Below are positions 39,042 to 45,992 of a stretch of 64,000 bases of DNA, piece after piece; within the stretch, counting starts at the first letter, position 1; each line of letters starts with the position of its first letter. The translations under genes and the position numbers were made by a program. Location: NCBI GenBank assembly GCA_046292385.1, contig JBKBRF010000017.1:1-64000 (forward strand), read 5' to 3'. The DNA comes from Armatimonadota bacterium (lineage in GTDB: Bacteria > Armatimonadota > SYMT01). The notes beneath the pieces were generated by a model, which worked only from the letters and a program-made list of their open reading frames with translations, did not search any database and was not told the origin of the DNA.

Positions 39042-39242
39042 ATGAGTGACTCGGCACCCCCCAAGAAACGGACGATGACGGCGGTCACCTATCCGAACCG
39101 CCTGCTGCACTACGACGACGACGAGGGAATGGCGCTGCTGCGCGAGATCGCGCGCCGGCACGGGCTCTCCCTCGCGGCGGCGCTGCGGATGCTCGTGAGA
39201 GAGGCCGCGGAGCGCCGCGGGATACGGAAGAAAACGGAATAG
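39042..39242 (+). CDS. Ribbon-helix-helix (CopG-like) DNA-binding protein
   Basis: 66 aa; beta segment, helix ALLREIARRH, GLS turn, helix LAAALRMLVREAA. Confidence 0.75.
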   Translation: MSDSAPPKKRTMTAVTYPNRLLHYDDDEGMALLREIARRHGLSLAAALRMLVREAAERRGIRKKTE

Positions 39243-39278
39243 GAGCCTATCCCTAGCGAGATCGGCTCTAGACTTTCG

Positions 39279-39348
39279 GCGCGGGCCGAAGTGCCTGGGT
39301 TCTCGTCTGCTAAACGAACCACCCCCAGGCGCACGTGCTTGCCCGCGC
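39279..39348 (+). ncRNA. Y-RNA-like A1 (Ro-binding stem; loop CUGCUAA)
   Basis: gcgcgggc-cg...cttgcccgcgc terminal stem, gtgcctggg/cccaggcgc upper stem. Confidence 0.75.
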
Positions 39349-39355
39349 ATCCTTT

Positions 39356-39477
39356 CCAGACGTAGCTCAACGGCAGAGCATCAGGTAAACCCTTCGGCGG
39401 TGACTTGCCCGGAGACGGGCCGGATGTTGAAGGTTAACGGCCCTTGAGGGGTGCAGGTTCGAATCCTGCCGTCTGGT
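39356..39477 (+). ncRNA. tRNA-shaped Y-RNA-like B1 (Ro helix replaces anticodon arm)
   Basis: Acceptor ccagacg/cgtctgg, D arm tagctc-aacggca-gagc, T arm gcagg-ttcgaat-cctgc; insert cttgcccg-gaga-cgggccg. Confidence 0.8.
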
Positions 39478-39584
39478 GTGAGATGGGCCGCTGCGAATCG
39501 GTTATCGGAGTTCAAGCCTTCCCGTCCCGACCTGTCGGGACGAGCCCACCGGGGGCACCCGATCGCGCTGCTTGCCTGTCTCGC
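39478..39584 (+). ncRNA. YrlA-like Y RNA C1
   Basis: gtgagatgggc-cg...cttgcctgtctcgc stem; interior T-loop-like ttcaagc hairpin, closed acceptor-like cgtcccga/tcgggacg, D-like agccc..gggc. Confidence 0.7.
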
Positions 39585-39588
39585 TTTG

Positions 39589-39656
39589 GAAGCGGGCCGG
39601 AGTGCCTGGGTTATCCTGTCACGATGAACCCCAGGCGCATGCAGCTTGCCTGCTTC
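39589..39656 (+). ncRNA. Y-RNA-like A2 (loop CUGUCAC)
   Basis: gaagcgggccggagtgcctgggttatc...cccaggcgc...cttgcctgcttc. Confidence 0.75.
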
Positions 39657-39689
39657 ACTCCTGGGGCTCTCCACGGAGCGGCCCCGGTT

Positions 39690-39812
39690 TCGGACGTAGC
39701 TCAGAGGTAGAGCACCAGGAAACCCCTTCGCTGCTCACTTGCCCGGAGACGGGCCGAAAGCTGAAGGTTACCTATACCCTGGCGGCCGCGGGTTCGAGTC
39801 CCGCCGTCCGGA
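39690..39812 (+). ncRNA. tRNA-shaped Y-RNA-like B2
   Basis: Acceptor tcggacg/cgtccgg, D arm tagctc-agaggta-gagc, T arm gcggg-ttcgagt-cccgc; insert acttgcccg-gaga-cgggccg identical to B1. Confidence 0.8.
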
Positions 39813-39840
39813 GTGTTCGCTCTCCTGGGAGCGGACTTTA

Positions 39841-39933
39841 GAGATGGGCCGCTGCGGCTCGCTTATCGGCACACAGGTGGGCTCGAGACCCACCACCCTT
39901 CGGGGTTGGCGAGCCGCGTCACTTGTCCATCTC
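39841..39933 (+). ncRNA. Y-RNA-like C2 (reduced YrlA-like)
   Basis: gagatgggc-cg...cttgtccatctc stem; ggtggg-ctcgaga-cccacc and accc-ttcg-gggt hairpins. Confidence 0.7.
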
Positions 39934-39939
39934 AGGTTA

Positions 39940-40100
39940 GAACCGACCCCGTGGGCAAAACGGGCTGCGCCTGGCTGTGAGGTGCGGATTTGTCGTCGCG
40001 GCGGAACGTCCGATATTCGTCCATATCGACCGTCCCGCCGCTCCTAATCTCCGCCCCTCTCGCTCAGGCTCGCCGTACCTTTGCCTACGCGGACCGGTTC
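39940..40100 (+). ncRNA. Unassigned long irregular hairpin RNA
   Basis: Nested pairings gaaccg/cggttc, cgtgggcaaa/tttgcctacg, gcctgg/tcaggc, gcgga/tccgc, gcggcgg/ccgccgc, cgatat/atatcg. Confidence 0.5.
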
Positions 40101-40103
40101 CTG

Positions 40104-40171
40104 GAAGCGGGCCGGAGTGCCTGGGTTATCTTAGGGAGATAACACCCAGGCGCGCGGAGCTTGCCCGCTTC
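40104..40171 (+). ncRNA. Y-RNA-like A3 (loop UUAGGGA)
   Basis: gaagcgggccggagtgcctgggttatc...gataac.cccaggcgc...cttgcccgcttc. Confidence 0.75.
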
Positions 40172-40233
40172 ACCTGTCGGGGTGCGGGGGACAACGGGGT
40201 CTCCCGCACCCTCCGGCCGAGGAGGGCCGTGCC

Positions 40234-41868
40234 ATGACCCAGTACCTGAAGAACGTTTTTTCCGCGCGTCAGACGCCGCAGTCGGAGCCGATCCCCGGCT
40301 CCGGGCAGGTGCCGAACAGCGCGGGCGGGTTCGCCTGGCAGGTCGACGATTGGGCCCGCCTCGATCGCTTCCTGATCCTCGGCAGCGAGGGTGGGTCGTA
40401 CTACGCCTCCGAGCGGAAGCTGACGCTGGAGAACGCGGACGCCGTGGTCCGCTGCCTGGAGGCGGACGGCGAGCGGCTGGTCCGCCGGGTGGTCGAGATC
40501 AGCGAGTCCGGCCGGGCGCCGAAGAACGACCCGGCGATCTTCGCCCTGGCGCTGGCGTGCTCCTTCGGCGACGAGCGGGCGCGCGCGGCGGCGTTCGCGG
40601 CGGTGCCGCGGGTCTGCCGGATCGGGACGCACCTGTTCCACTTCGCGGAGTTCGTAAACGGGATGCGCGGCTGGGGACGCGGGCTGCGGCGCGCCGTGGC
40701 GGCCTGGTACCAGGAGAAGCCGGTGGGGGCGCTTGCGCTGCAGGCGGTGAAGTACCAGCAGCGGGACCGGTGGAGCCACCGGGACCTGCTCCGGCTGGCG
40801 CACCCGGTGCCGGCGGACGAGGACCGCACCGCCCTCTACCGCTGGGTGACCCGCGGGTGGGAGCCGGAGCGGGCGGACCGGTTCGGCCGCGAGGGCGAGC
40901 TGGCGCTGGTCGGCGGCTTCGAGGCGGTGAAGGCGGCCGCCACGGCGGCGGAAGTGGCGGAGTGCATCCGCACCTACCGGCTGCCGCGGGAGGCGGTCCC
41001 GACGCAGTGGCTGACCGACCGCGAGGTGTGGCGGGCGCTGCTGGAGGAGATGCCGATGACCGCGCTGATCCGGAACCTGGCGACGCTGACCCGCGTGGGG
41101 CTGGTGACGCCCGGCTCCGTGGGGACCCGGAAGGTGGTGGAGCAGCTCGGCGACCGGGAGCGGCTCCGGAAGGCGCGCGTGCACCCGATCCAGGTGCTCT
41201 CCGCGCTGAAGACCTACGCCTCCGGCAAGGGCGTGCGCTCCGACCAGAGCTGGGCGCCGGTGCCGCAGGTGGTCGACGCGCTCGACGCGGCGTTCTACGC
41301 GGCGTTCCGGAACGTGGAGCCGACCGGCAAGCGGTGGCTGCTGGCGCTCGACGTCTCCGGCTCGATGGAGTGCGGAGTGATCGCCGGGTGCCCGGGGCTG
41401 ACGCCGCGGGTCGCATCCGCCGCCATGGCGCTGGTCACGGCGGCGGTGGAGAAGCAGTACACGGCGGTAGCGTTCGCCTCCGAGGGGACCTTCGGGTGCC
41501 GGAGCGGGAGCGGGCTGCGGCCCCTGGCGCTCTCCTCGCGACAGCGCCTGGACGACGTGGTGAAGCTGACGCAGGCGCTGCCGTTCGGCGGCACCGACTG
41601 CGCGCTGCCGATGCTCTACGCGCTGGAGCGGAGGCTCGAGGTCGACTGCTTCGTGGTCTACACCGACTCGGAGACGTGGGCCGGAAGCGTCCACCCGGCG
41701 CAGGCGCTGCGGCAGTACCGGGAGTGGATGGGGATCCCGGCCCGGCTGATCGTGGTCGGCATGGTCTCCAACGGGTTTAGCATCGCGGACCCGAACGACC
41801 CCGGCATGCTTGACGTGGTCGGCTTCGACACCGCCACGCCGCAGCTGATGACGGACTTCGCCCGCTGA
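40234..41868 (+). CDS. rsr: Ro60/Rsr TROVE-domain RNA-binding protein
   Basis: NSAGGF, RLDRFLILGSEGGSYY, KYQQRDRWSHRDLLRLAHP, MPMTALIRNL, vWA MIDAS DVSGSM, GGTDC, YTDSET, DVVGFD; SD ggagg. Confidence 0.96.
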   Translation: MTQYLKNVFSARQTPQSEPIPGSGQVPNSAGGFAWQVDDWARLDRFLILGSEGGSYYASERKLTLENADAVVRCLEADGERLVRRVVEISESGRAPKNDPAIFALALACSFGDERARAAAFAAVPRVCRIGTHLFHFAEFVNGMRGWGRGLRRAVAAWYQEKPVGALALQAVKYQQRDRWSHRDLLRLAHPVPADEDRTALYRWVTRGWEPERADRFGREGELALVGGFEAVKAAATAAEVAECIRTYRLPREAVPTQWLTDREVWRALLEEMPMTALIRNLATLTRVGLVTPGSVGTRKVVEQLGDRERLRKARVHPIQVLSALKTYASGKGVRSDQSWAPVPQVVDALDAAFYAAFRNVEPTGKRWLLALDVSGSMECGVIAGCPGLTPRVASAAMALVTAAVEKQYTAVAFASEGTFGCRSGSGLRPLALSSRQRLDDVVKLTQALPFGGTDCALPMLYALERRLEVDCFVVYTDSETWAGSVHPAQALRQYREWMGIPARLIVVGMVSNGFSIADPNDPGMLDVVGFDTATPQLMTDFAR

Positions 41869-41961
41869 GGGATGAAGGATGAGGGATGAAGGATGAGCTC
41901 GAGCCGGTGCTCAGCGGGCTCATCCTCTTCCTTTAGCCTTTTGACTTTAGCCTTCTGCCTT
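41866..41961. repeat. Heptamer tandem repeats (GGATGAA/GGATGAG and CTTTAGC-like) between convergent genes
   Basis: gagggatgaaggatgagggatgaaggatgag and ctttagccttttgactttagccttctgcctt. Confidence 0.6.
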
Positions 41962-42773
41962 CACATCCCCACTCCCGTGTAGTGCTTCAGGCCCCAGCGC
42001 CAGGCGAGGCGGGAGAGGAGGTAGACGGTGACTAGCCAGAAGGCGAGCATTCCGAGGCCGAAGCCGACCTCGTCCGGCGGTACCCGGCCGAGGAAGAGAT
42101 CGGCGGCGAAGGAGAGGGTGTAGCGGAACGGCAGGTAGCGCGCCGCCTCTTCCACGGCGCCGGGGAGCAGGGCGAGCGGCACCACCTCGCCCGAGAGAAA
42201 GCTCGCCGGCATGTAGTAGAAGAGGAAGAGGCTCCGCACCTCGGTGAACCGCAGCGCCAGCAGGCCGAGCGTGTAGACCAGGCAGAACGAGAGCAGGTGT
42301 CCCCCCGCCACCGCCAGCCAGAACGCCCACCCGAGGTGGTAGCCCTCCCAGCGCACGTACTGGTGGAAGACGAGCAGCCACACCCCGAAGACCGGGATGA
42401 ACAGCACCGCTCGCAGCAGCCGCCAGGAGATGCTCCCCGCGAAGTGATACGCCATGTAGCTGAACGGCCGCGTCAGCATGGCGGAGAAGCGCCCCTCCCG
42501 GATCTCGAACTCGATGTCCCACTGCGCGTGGCTGATCATCAGGTTCTTCAGGCAGAGGATCACCAGGTAGTAGGTGACCATCTGGCCGGGCGAGAGGCCC
42601 TGGATGGTGGCCCGCCCGCCGTAGCTCGCCAGCCAGACCAGCGGCAGCAGGATCGCGGGGACCGCGTCGGTCAGCATCCAGATCACCGCCTGCCCGCGGT
42701 AGGTCAGGCTATCCGCCATGTAGACGGAGAAGACGGTGAGGAACTTCCGCAGGCCGCGGGCGGGGGAGGTCAT
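41961..42773 (-). CDS. ABC-2 family (DUF990-type) permease
   Basis: EIREGRFSAMLTRP, FLSGEVVPLALLP, LPFRY. Confidence 0.88.
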   Translation of the reverse strand: MTSPARGLRKFLTVFSVYMADSLTYRGQAVIWMLTDAVPAILLPLVWLASYGGRATIQGLSPGQMVTYYLVILCLKNLMISHAQWDIEFEIREGRFSAMLTRPFSYMAYHFAGSISWRLLRAVLFIPVFGVWLLVFHQYVRWEGYHLGWAFWLAVAGGHLLSFCLVYTLGLLALRFTEVRSLFLFYYMPASFLSGEVVPLALLPGAVEEAARYLPFRYTLSFAADLFLGRVPPDEVGFGLGMLAFWLVTVYLLSRLAWRWGLKHYTGVGM

Positions 42774-42880
42774 GCGCACGATTCCGGAGCGTCTGCGGGC
42801 GGGCAGCGCACCTCGATTCTATCCCTCGGGTCCGGCCCGTTAGCGGTGCCCGTCTGAAAGGCGAGCGAGGAGAGAGCGGG

Positions 42881-43489
42881 ATGGGGTCGTGGTCGGACGA
42901 AGAGATCCTGGCGGGGATGCGCGACCCGGCCCGGCGGGAGCGCGCCTTTCGCGAGCTGCAGGGCCGCTACGTGCCGTGTCTGCTGGGGCTGCTGGCGCGG
43001 ATGTGCCATGGCGACCGCGAGACCGCGGAAGACGTGCTGGTCCGCGCGCTCTACAAGGCCTACCGCGCGCTGGCGGAAGAGGGGACTCGCTGCCGCGCCC
43101 TCTCGAGCTGGCTTTACACCGTCGCCTCCCGCACCGCGCTGGACGAGCTCGCCCGGATCCGGTCTGCGGAGCCGCCGGGAGGGACGCTCCCCCTGGCGGA
43201 AGAGCTGACGCGCCAGCCCGCGCCGGAGGCGGAGGGCCGCCTCCCTCCGGAGATCGGCCCGGCGCTGGATGCGGTGCTGGAGCGGCTCGACCGGGAGGAC
43301 GCGCGCTACCGCGTGCTGCTGGAGATGGAGCACGTGGGCGCGTGCGACCGGGGCGAGATGGCGGAGGCGACCGGTATTCCGCGCAAGCAACTCGCGCAGT
43401 ATCTGAAGCGAGCCCGGGAGCGGTTCGCGCGGCTGGCCCGGGAGTATCCGGCGCTCGCCTCGCTGGCCGCGGAAGAGGAGGGGGAGTGA
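42881..43489 (+). CDS. ECF-like RNA polymerase sigma factor
   Basis: AEDVLVRALYKAY, SSWLYTVASRTALDELAR, region 4 EMAEATGIPRKQLAQYLKRAR. Confidence 0.75.
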   Translation: MGSWSDEEILAGMRDPARRERAFRELQGRYVPCLLGLLARMCHGDRETAEDVLVRALYKAYRALAEEGTRCRALSSWLYTVASRTALDELARIRSAEPPGGTLPLAEELTRQPAPEAEGRLPPEIGPALDAVLERLDREDARYRVLLEMEHVGACDRGEMAEATGIPRKQLAQYLKRARERFARLAREYPALASLAAEEEGE

Positions 43490-44145
43490 TGGCAGAGCGA
43501 CCCGAGAGCGACGAGCGCCCGACCCCGGTGGGTGAGGAGGCCGTCGGGGCCCGGCTGGCGGGGCTGCTGCTCGTCCGCCGCGCGGAGCTTTCGCCGGAGA
43601 CGGTCGCCGCGCTGGACCGCCTCGCTCCCCCGGCAGAGCCCGGCCCGGCGCTCCGCCGCCGCCTGCGGGAGCTCTCCGCGCGAGCGGAGCTCGACCTCCG
43701 CTTCGAGCAGGAGCACGCCTCCGGGAGAAGGTCGCCCTCCCTCGGCGCCTACCTGGTCTTCCTTCGCACGCAGGCGGGGCTTACCGCGGGGGAGGCGGCG
43801 CGGAAGCTCCGGATCGACCTCCAGCTCCTCGGCGACCTGGAGCGCGACACCCTCCGGCCCGCCCAGGTCCCCGCGCGGAAGCTGGCTGCCCTGGTGCGGC
43901 GGCTGCAGGGCACGCTGGAGATGACGGAGCGCCTGCTGCAGGGCCTGGTCCGCGCCCCGCGCCAGCTCGCCCGCCCCGCGCCCGGGCGCCTCTACCGCAC
44001 CCGCCCCGGCGCCACCCCGTCTGAAGCGGCAGCCGCCTCCCGAGAGGCGCGCGGCGAGCCGGTGGAGTGGATCGACAACCCGGAGTATGCGGAAGAACTG
44101 GAAGTCGTGGAAGAGCTCGCGCGAAAGCTTCGGGAAGCGTGGTGA
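43489..44145 (+). CDS. XRE-type HTH protein
   Basis: SLGAYLVFLRTQAGLTAGEAARKLRIDLQLLGDLERD; ATG overlaps the sigma stop. Confidence 0.7.
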   Translation: MAERPESDERPTPVGEEAVGARLAGLLLVRRAELSPETVAALDRLAPPAEPGPALRRRLRELSARAELDLRFEQEHASGRRSPSLGAYLVFLRTQAGLTAGEAARKLRIDLQLLGDLERDTLRPAQVPARKLAALVRRLQGTLEMTERLLQGLVRAPRQLARPAPGRLYRTRPGATPSEAAAASREARGEPVEWIDNPEYAEELEVVEELARKLREAW

Positions 44146-44232
44146 GGGCAAGTTTGAGAGCTGAAAGAAGAGAGATGAAAGAACGGTCGGCGACGCACGA
44201 TGCCGCGACCTACTCCCCGGAGACAGACTCTT

Positions 44233-44757
44233 TCATCTCCCTTCTCTCATCTTCAAGGCTTGCACCCGCCAGTAGACGGCGGCTACGCTGACCTCGTACT
44301 TGCGGGCGAGGCGGTGCGGCTGCGGGTGCCGCTCCCAGTCCGGCGCGAAGAGGGCGCGCGGGAGCAGCAGCTCTCCCGCGAAGGCGTTCGCCTCCGCTTC
44401 GAGCAGGTCGGTCCGCTCCCACGGGTCGCCGGGCGGCTCCGGGAGCCGGTCCGCAGCTCCGCGCAGGAAGGAGAGGTCGCGCACCGGGTGCTGGTGATGG
44501 CGCAGCGCCAGGTGGCCGAGCTCGTGCGCCAGCGTGAAGCGGAGCCGCTCCCGCGGGAGCGACCGGTTCACCGCCAGGTGCGGCACCTCGCCCTCCCACC
44601 ACGATTCCCCCTCCACCTCCGGCGGGAAGTCGAGCAGCTCCACCTGCACCCCCTCCAGCACGAGCAGGTACTCCACCTCCACCGGCGCCGCGGTCACGCG
44701 GTGCCGGCGCAGGTACTTCCCGGCCATCTTCCGGGCGAAGTCGAGACGAGGACGCAT
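44233..44757 (-). CDS. ImmA/IrrE family metallo-endopeptidase
   Basis: RLRFTLAHELGH, EAEANAFAGELLLP, LARKYEVS. Confidence 0.9.
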   Translation of the reverse strand: MRPRLDFARKMAGKYLRRHRVTAAPVEVEYLLVLEGVQVELLDFPPEVEGESWWEGEVPHLAVNRSLPRERLRFTLAHELGHLALRHHQHPVRDLSFLRGAADRLPEPPGDPWERTDLLEAEANAFAGELLLPRALFAPDWERHPQPHRLARKYEVSVAAVYWRVQALKMREGR

Positions 44758-44778
44758 GGAAAGGCTAAAGGCAAAAGG

Positions 44779-44901
44779 CTAGAGTTCCGAACCCCCGCAT
44801 CCGGAGAGCCGGGTTTCTTGGTTCTACCTTTGGATGGGAAGGCGAAAGGTAGAAAGTCAAAACTCTAGAGTTCCGAACCCCCGCATCCGGAGAGCCGGGT
44901 T
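44779..44901. repeat. 37-bp perfect direct repeat x2 flanked by heptamer arrays
   Basis: ctagagttccgaacccccgcatccggagagccgggtt at 44779-44815 and 44865-44901. Confidence 0.85.
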
Positions 44902-45011
44902 CCCACTTTAGCCTTTAGCCTTTTGACTTTTGCCTTTAGGGATGCCTCTGCACTCCGTCCTTCAACGAGCGTTAGCGTTCTCCGTCCTCTTCTCGCAGGG
45001 AGGCGGTGGCG

Positions 45012-45992
45012 ATGGCGCAGATTGTGGCGGAGGGGCTGGCGAAGACGTTCTACGTCTCGGAGCGGGAGCCGGGCTTCTGGGGGGCGGCGCGGGGGTTGGT
45101 GCGGCGGCGGCAGCGGAAGGTCTGCGCGCTGGACGGCATCTCGTTCCGGATCGAGCCGGGCGAGCTGGTGGGGTACATCGGGCCGAACGGCGCGGGGAAG
45201 TCGACCACCATCAAGGTGCTCGCCGGGATCCTGGTGCCCGACTCCGGCCGGTGCGAGGTGATGGGCCGGGTGCCCTGGCGCCAGCGGATCGAGCACGTCT
45301 CCCGGATCGGCGTCGTGTTCGGGCAGCGGACGCAGCTCTGGTGGGACCTGCCGGTGGTTGAGTCGCTCGAGCTGCTCCGGGACATCTACCGGGTGCCGCC
45401 CGCGCTCTACCGCCGCACGCTGAACGAGCTGGTGGAGCTGCTCGACCTCGCGCCGCTCCTCGATACGCCGGTGCGCCAGCTCAGCCTGGGCCAGCGGATG
45501 CGGTGCGACCTCGCCGCGGCGCTGGTCCACGCGCCCGAGCTTCTTTTCCTGGACGAGCCGACGATCGGCCTCGACGCCGTCTCCAAGCTGGCGGTGCGTG
45601 ACTTCGTCCGGCGCCTCAACCGGGAGCGGGGCGTCACGGTGCTGCTCACCACGCACGACATGGACGATATCGAGGCGCTCTGCACCCGCGTGATGGTGAT
45701 CGGGGGCGGCGCGCTGCTGACCGACGGCACGCTGGAAGAGCTCCGCGCGCGGGTGACCCGGGAGCGGTGGTTGATCGTCGACCTGGAAGATGGCTCCGGG
45801 GAGCTGCACGACCCCGCGGCGCAGGAGATGCGGCGGGAGGGCCAGCGGGTGAGCCTGCGCTTCGACCCTTCGGAGGTCGCTCCCGCCGAGCTGATCTGCC
45901 GCATCGCGGCCCGGTACCGGGTGCGGGACCTCTTCGTCCAGAACCCGCCGATCGAAGAGATCATCGCACGGCTCTACGGAGCGCCGGCGTGA
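45012..45992 (+). CDS. ABC transporter ATP-binding protein
   Basis: GPNGAGKST, VFGQRTQLWWDLP, LSLGQRMR, LFLDEPT. Confidence 0.95.
   Translation: MAQIVAEGLAKTFYVSEREPGFWGAARGLVRRRQRKVCALDGISFRIEPGELVGYIGPNGAGKSTTIKVLAGILVPDSGRCEVMGRVPWRQRIEHVSRIGVVFGQRTQLWWDLPVVESLELLRDIYRVPPALYRRTLNELVELLDLAPLLDTPVRQLSLGQRMRCDLAAALVHAPELLFLDEPTIGLDAVSKLAVRDFVRRLNRERGVTVLLTTHDMDDIEALCTRVMVIGGGALLTDGTLEELRARVTRERWLIVDLEDGSGELHDPAAQEMRREGQRVSLRFDPSEVAPAELICRIAARYRVRDLFVQNPPIEEIIARLYGAPA

Noticed and set aside
39356..39812. Two ordinary tRNA genes, or intron-containing tRNAs
   Set aside because: No 7-nt anticodon loop; the insert is too short for a group I intron and carries the same Ro-helix motif as the neighbouring units
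39381..40237. Short ORFs across the Y-RNA array (e.g. 39444-39710, 39572-39841, 39739-40047)
   Set aside because: No recognisable protein features; the region is better explained by structured RNA
44779..44901. Mini CRISPR array
   Set aside because: Only two repeats, the spacer is made of heptamer repeats, and no cas genes are present
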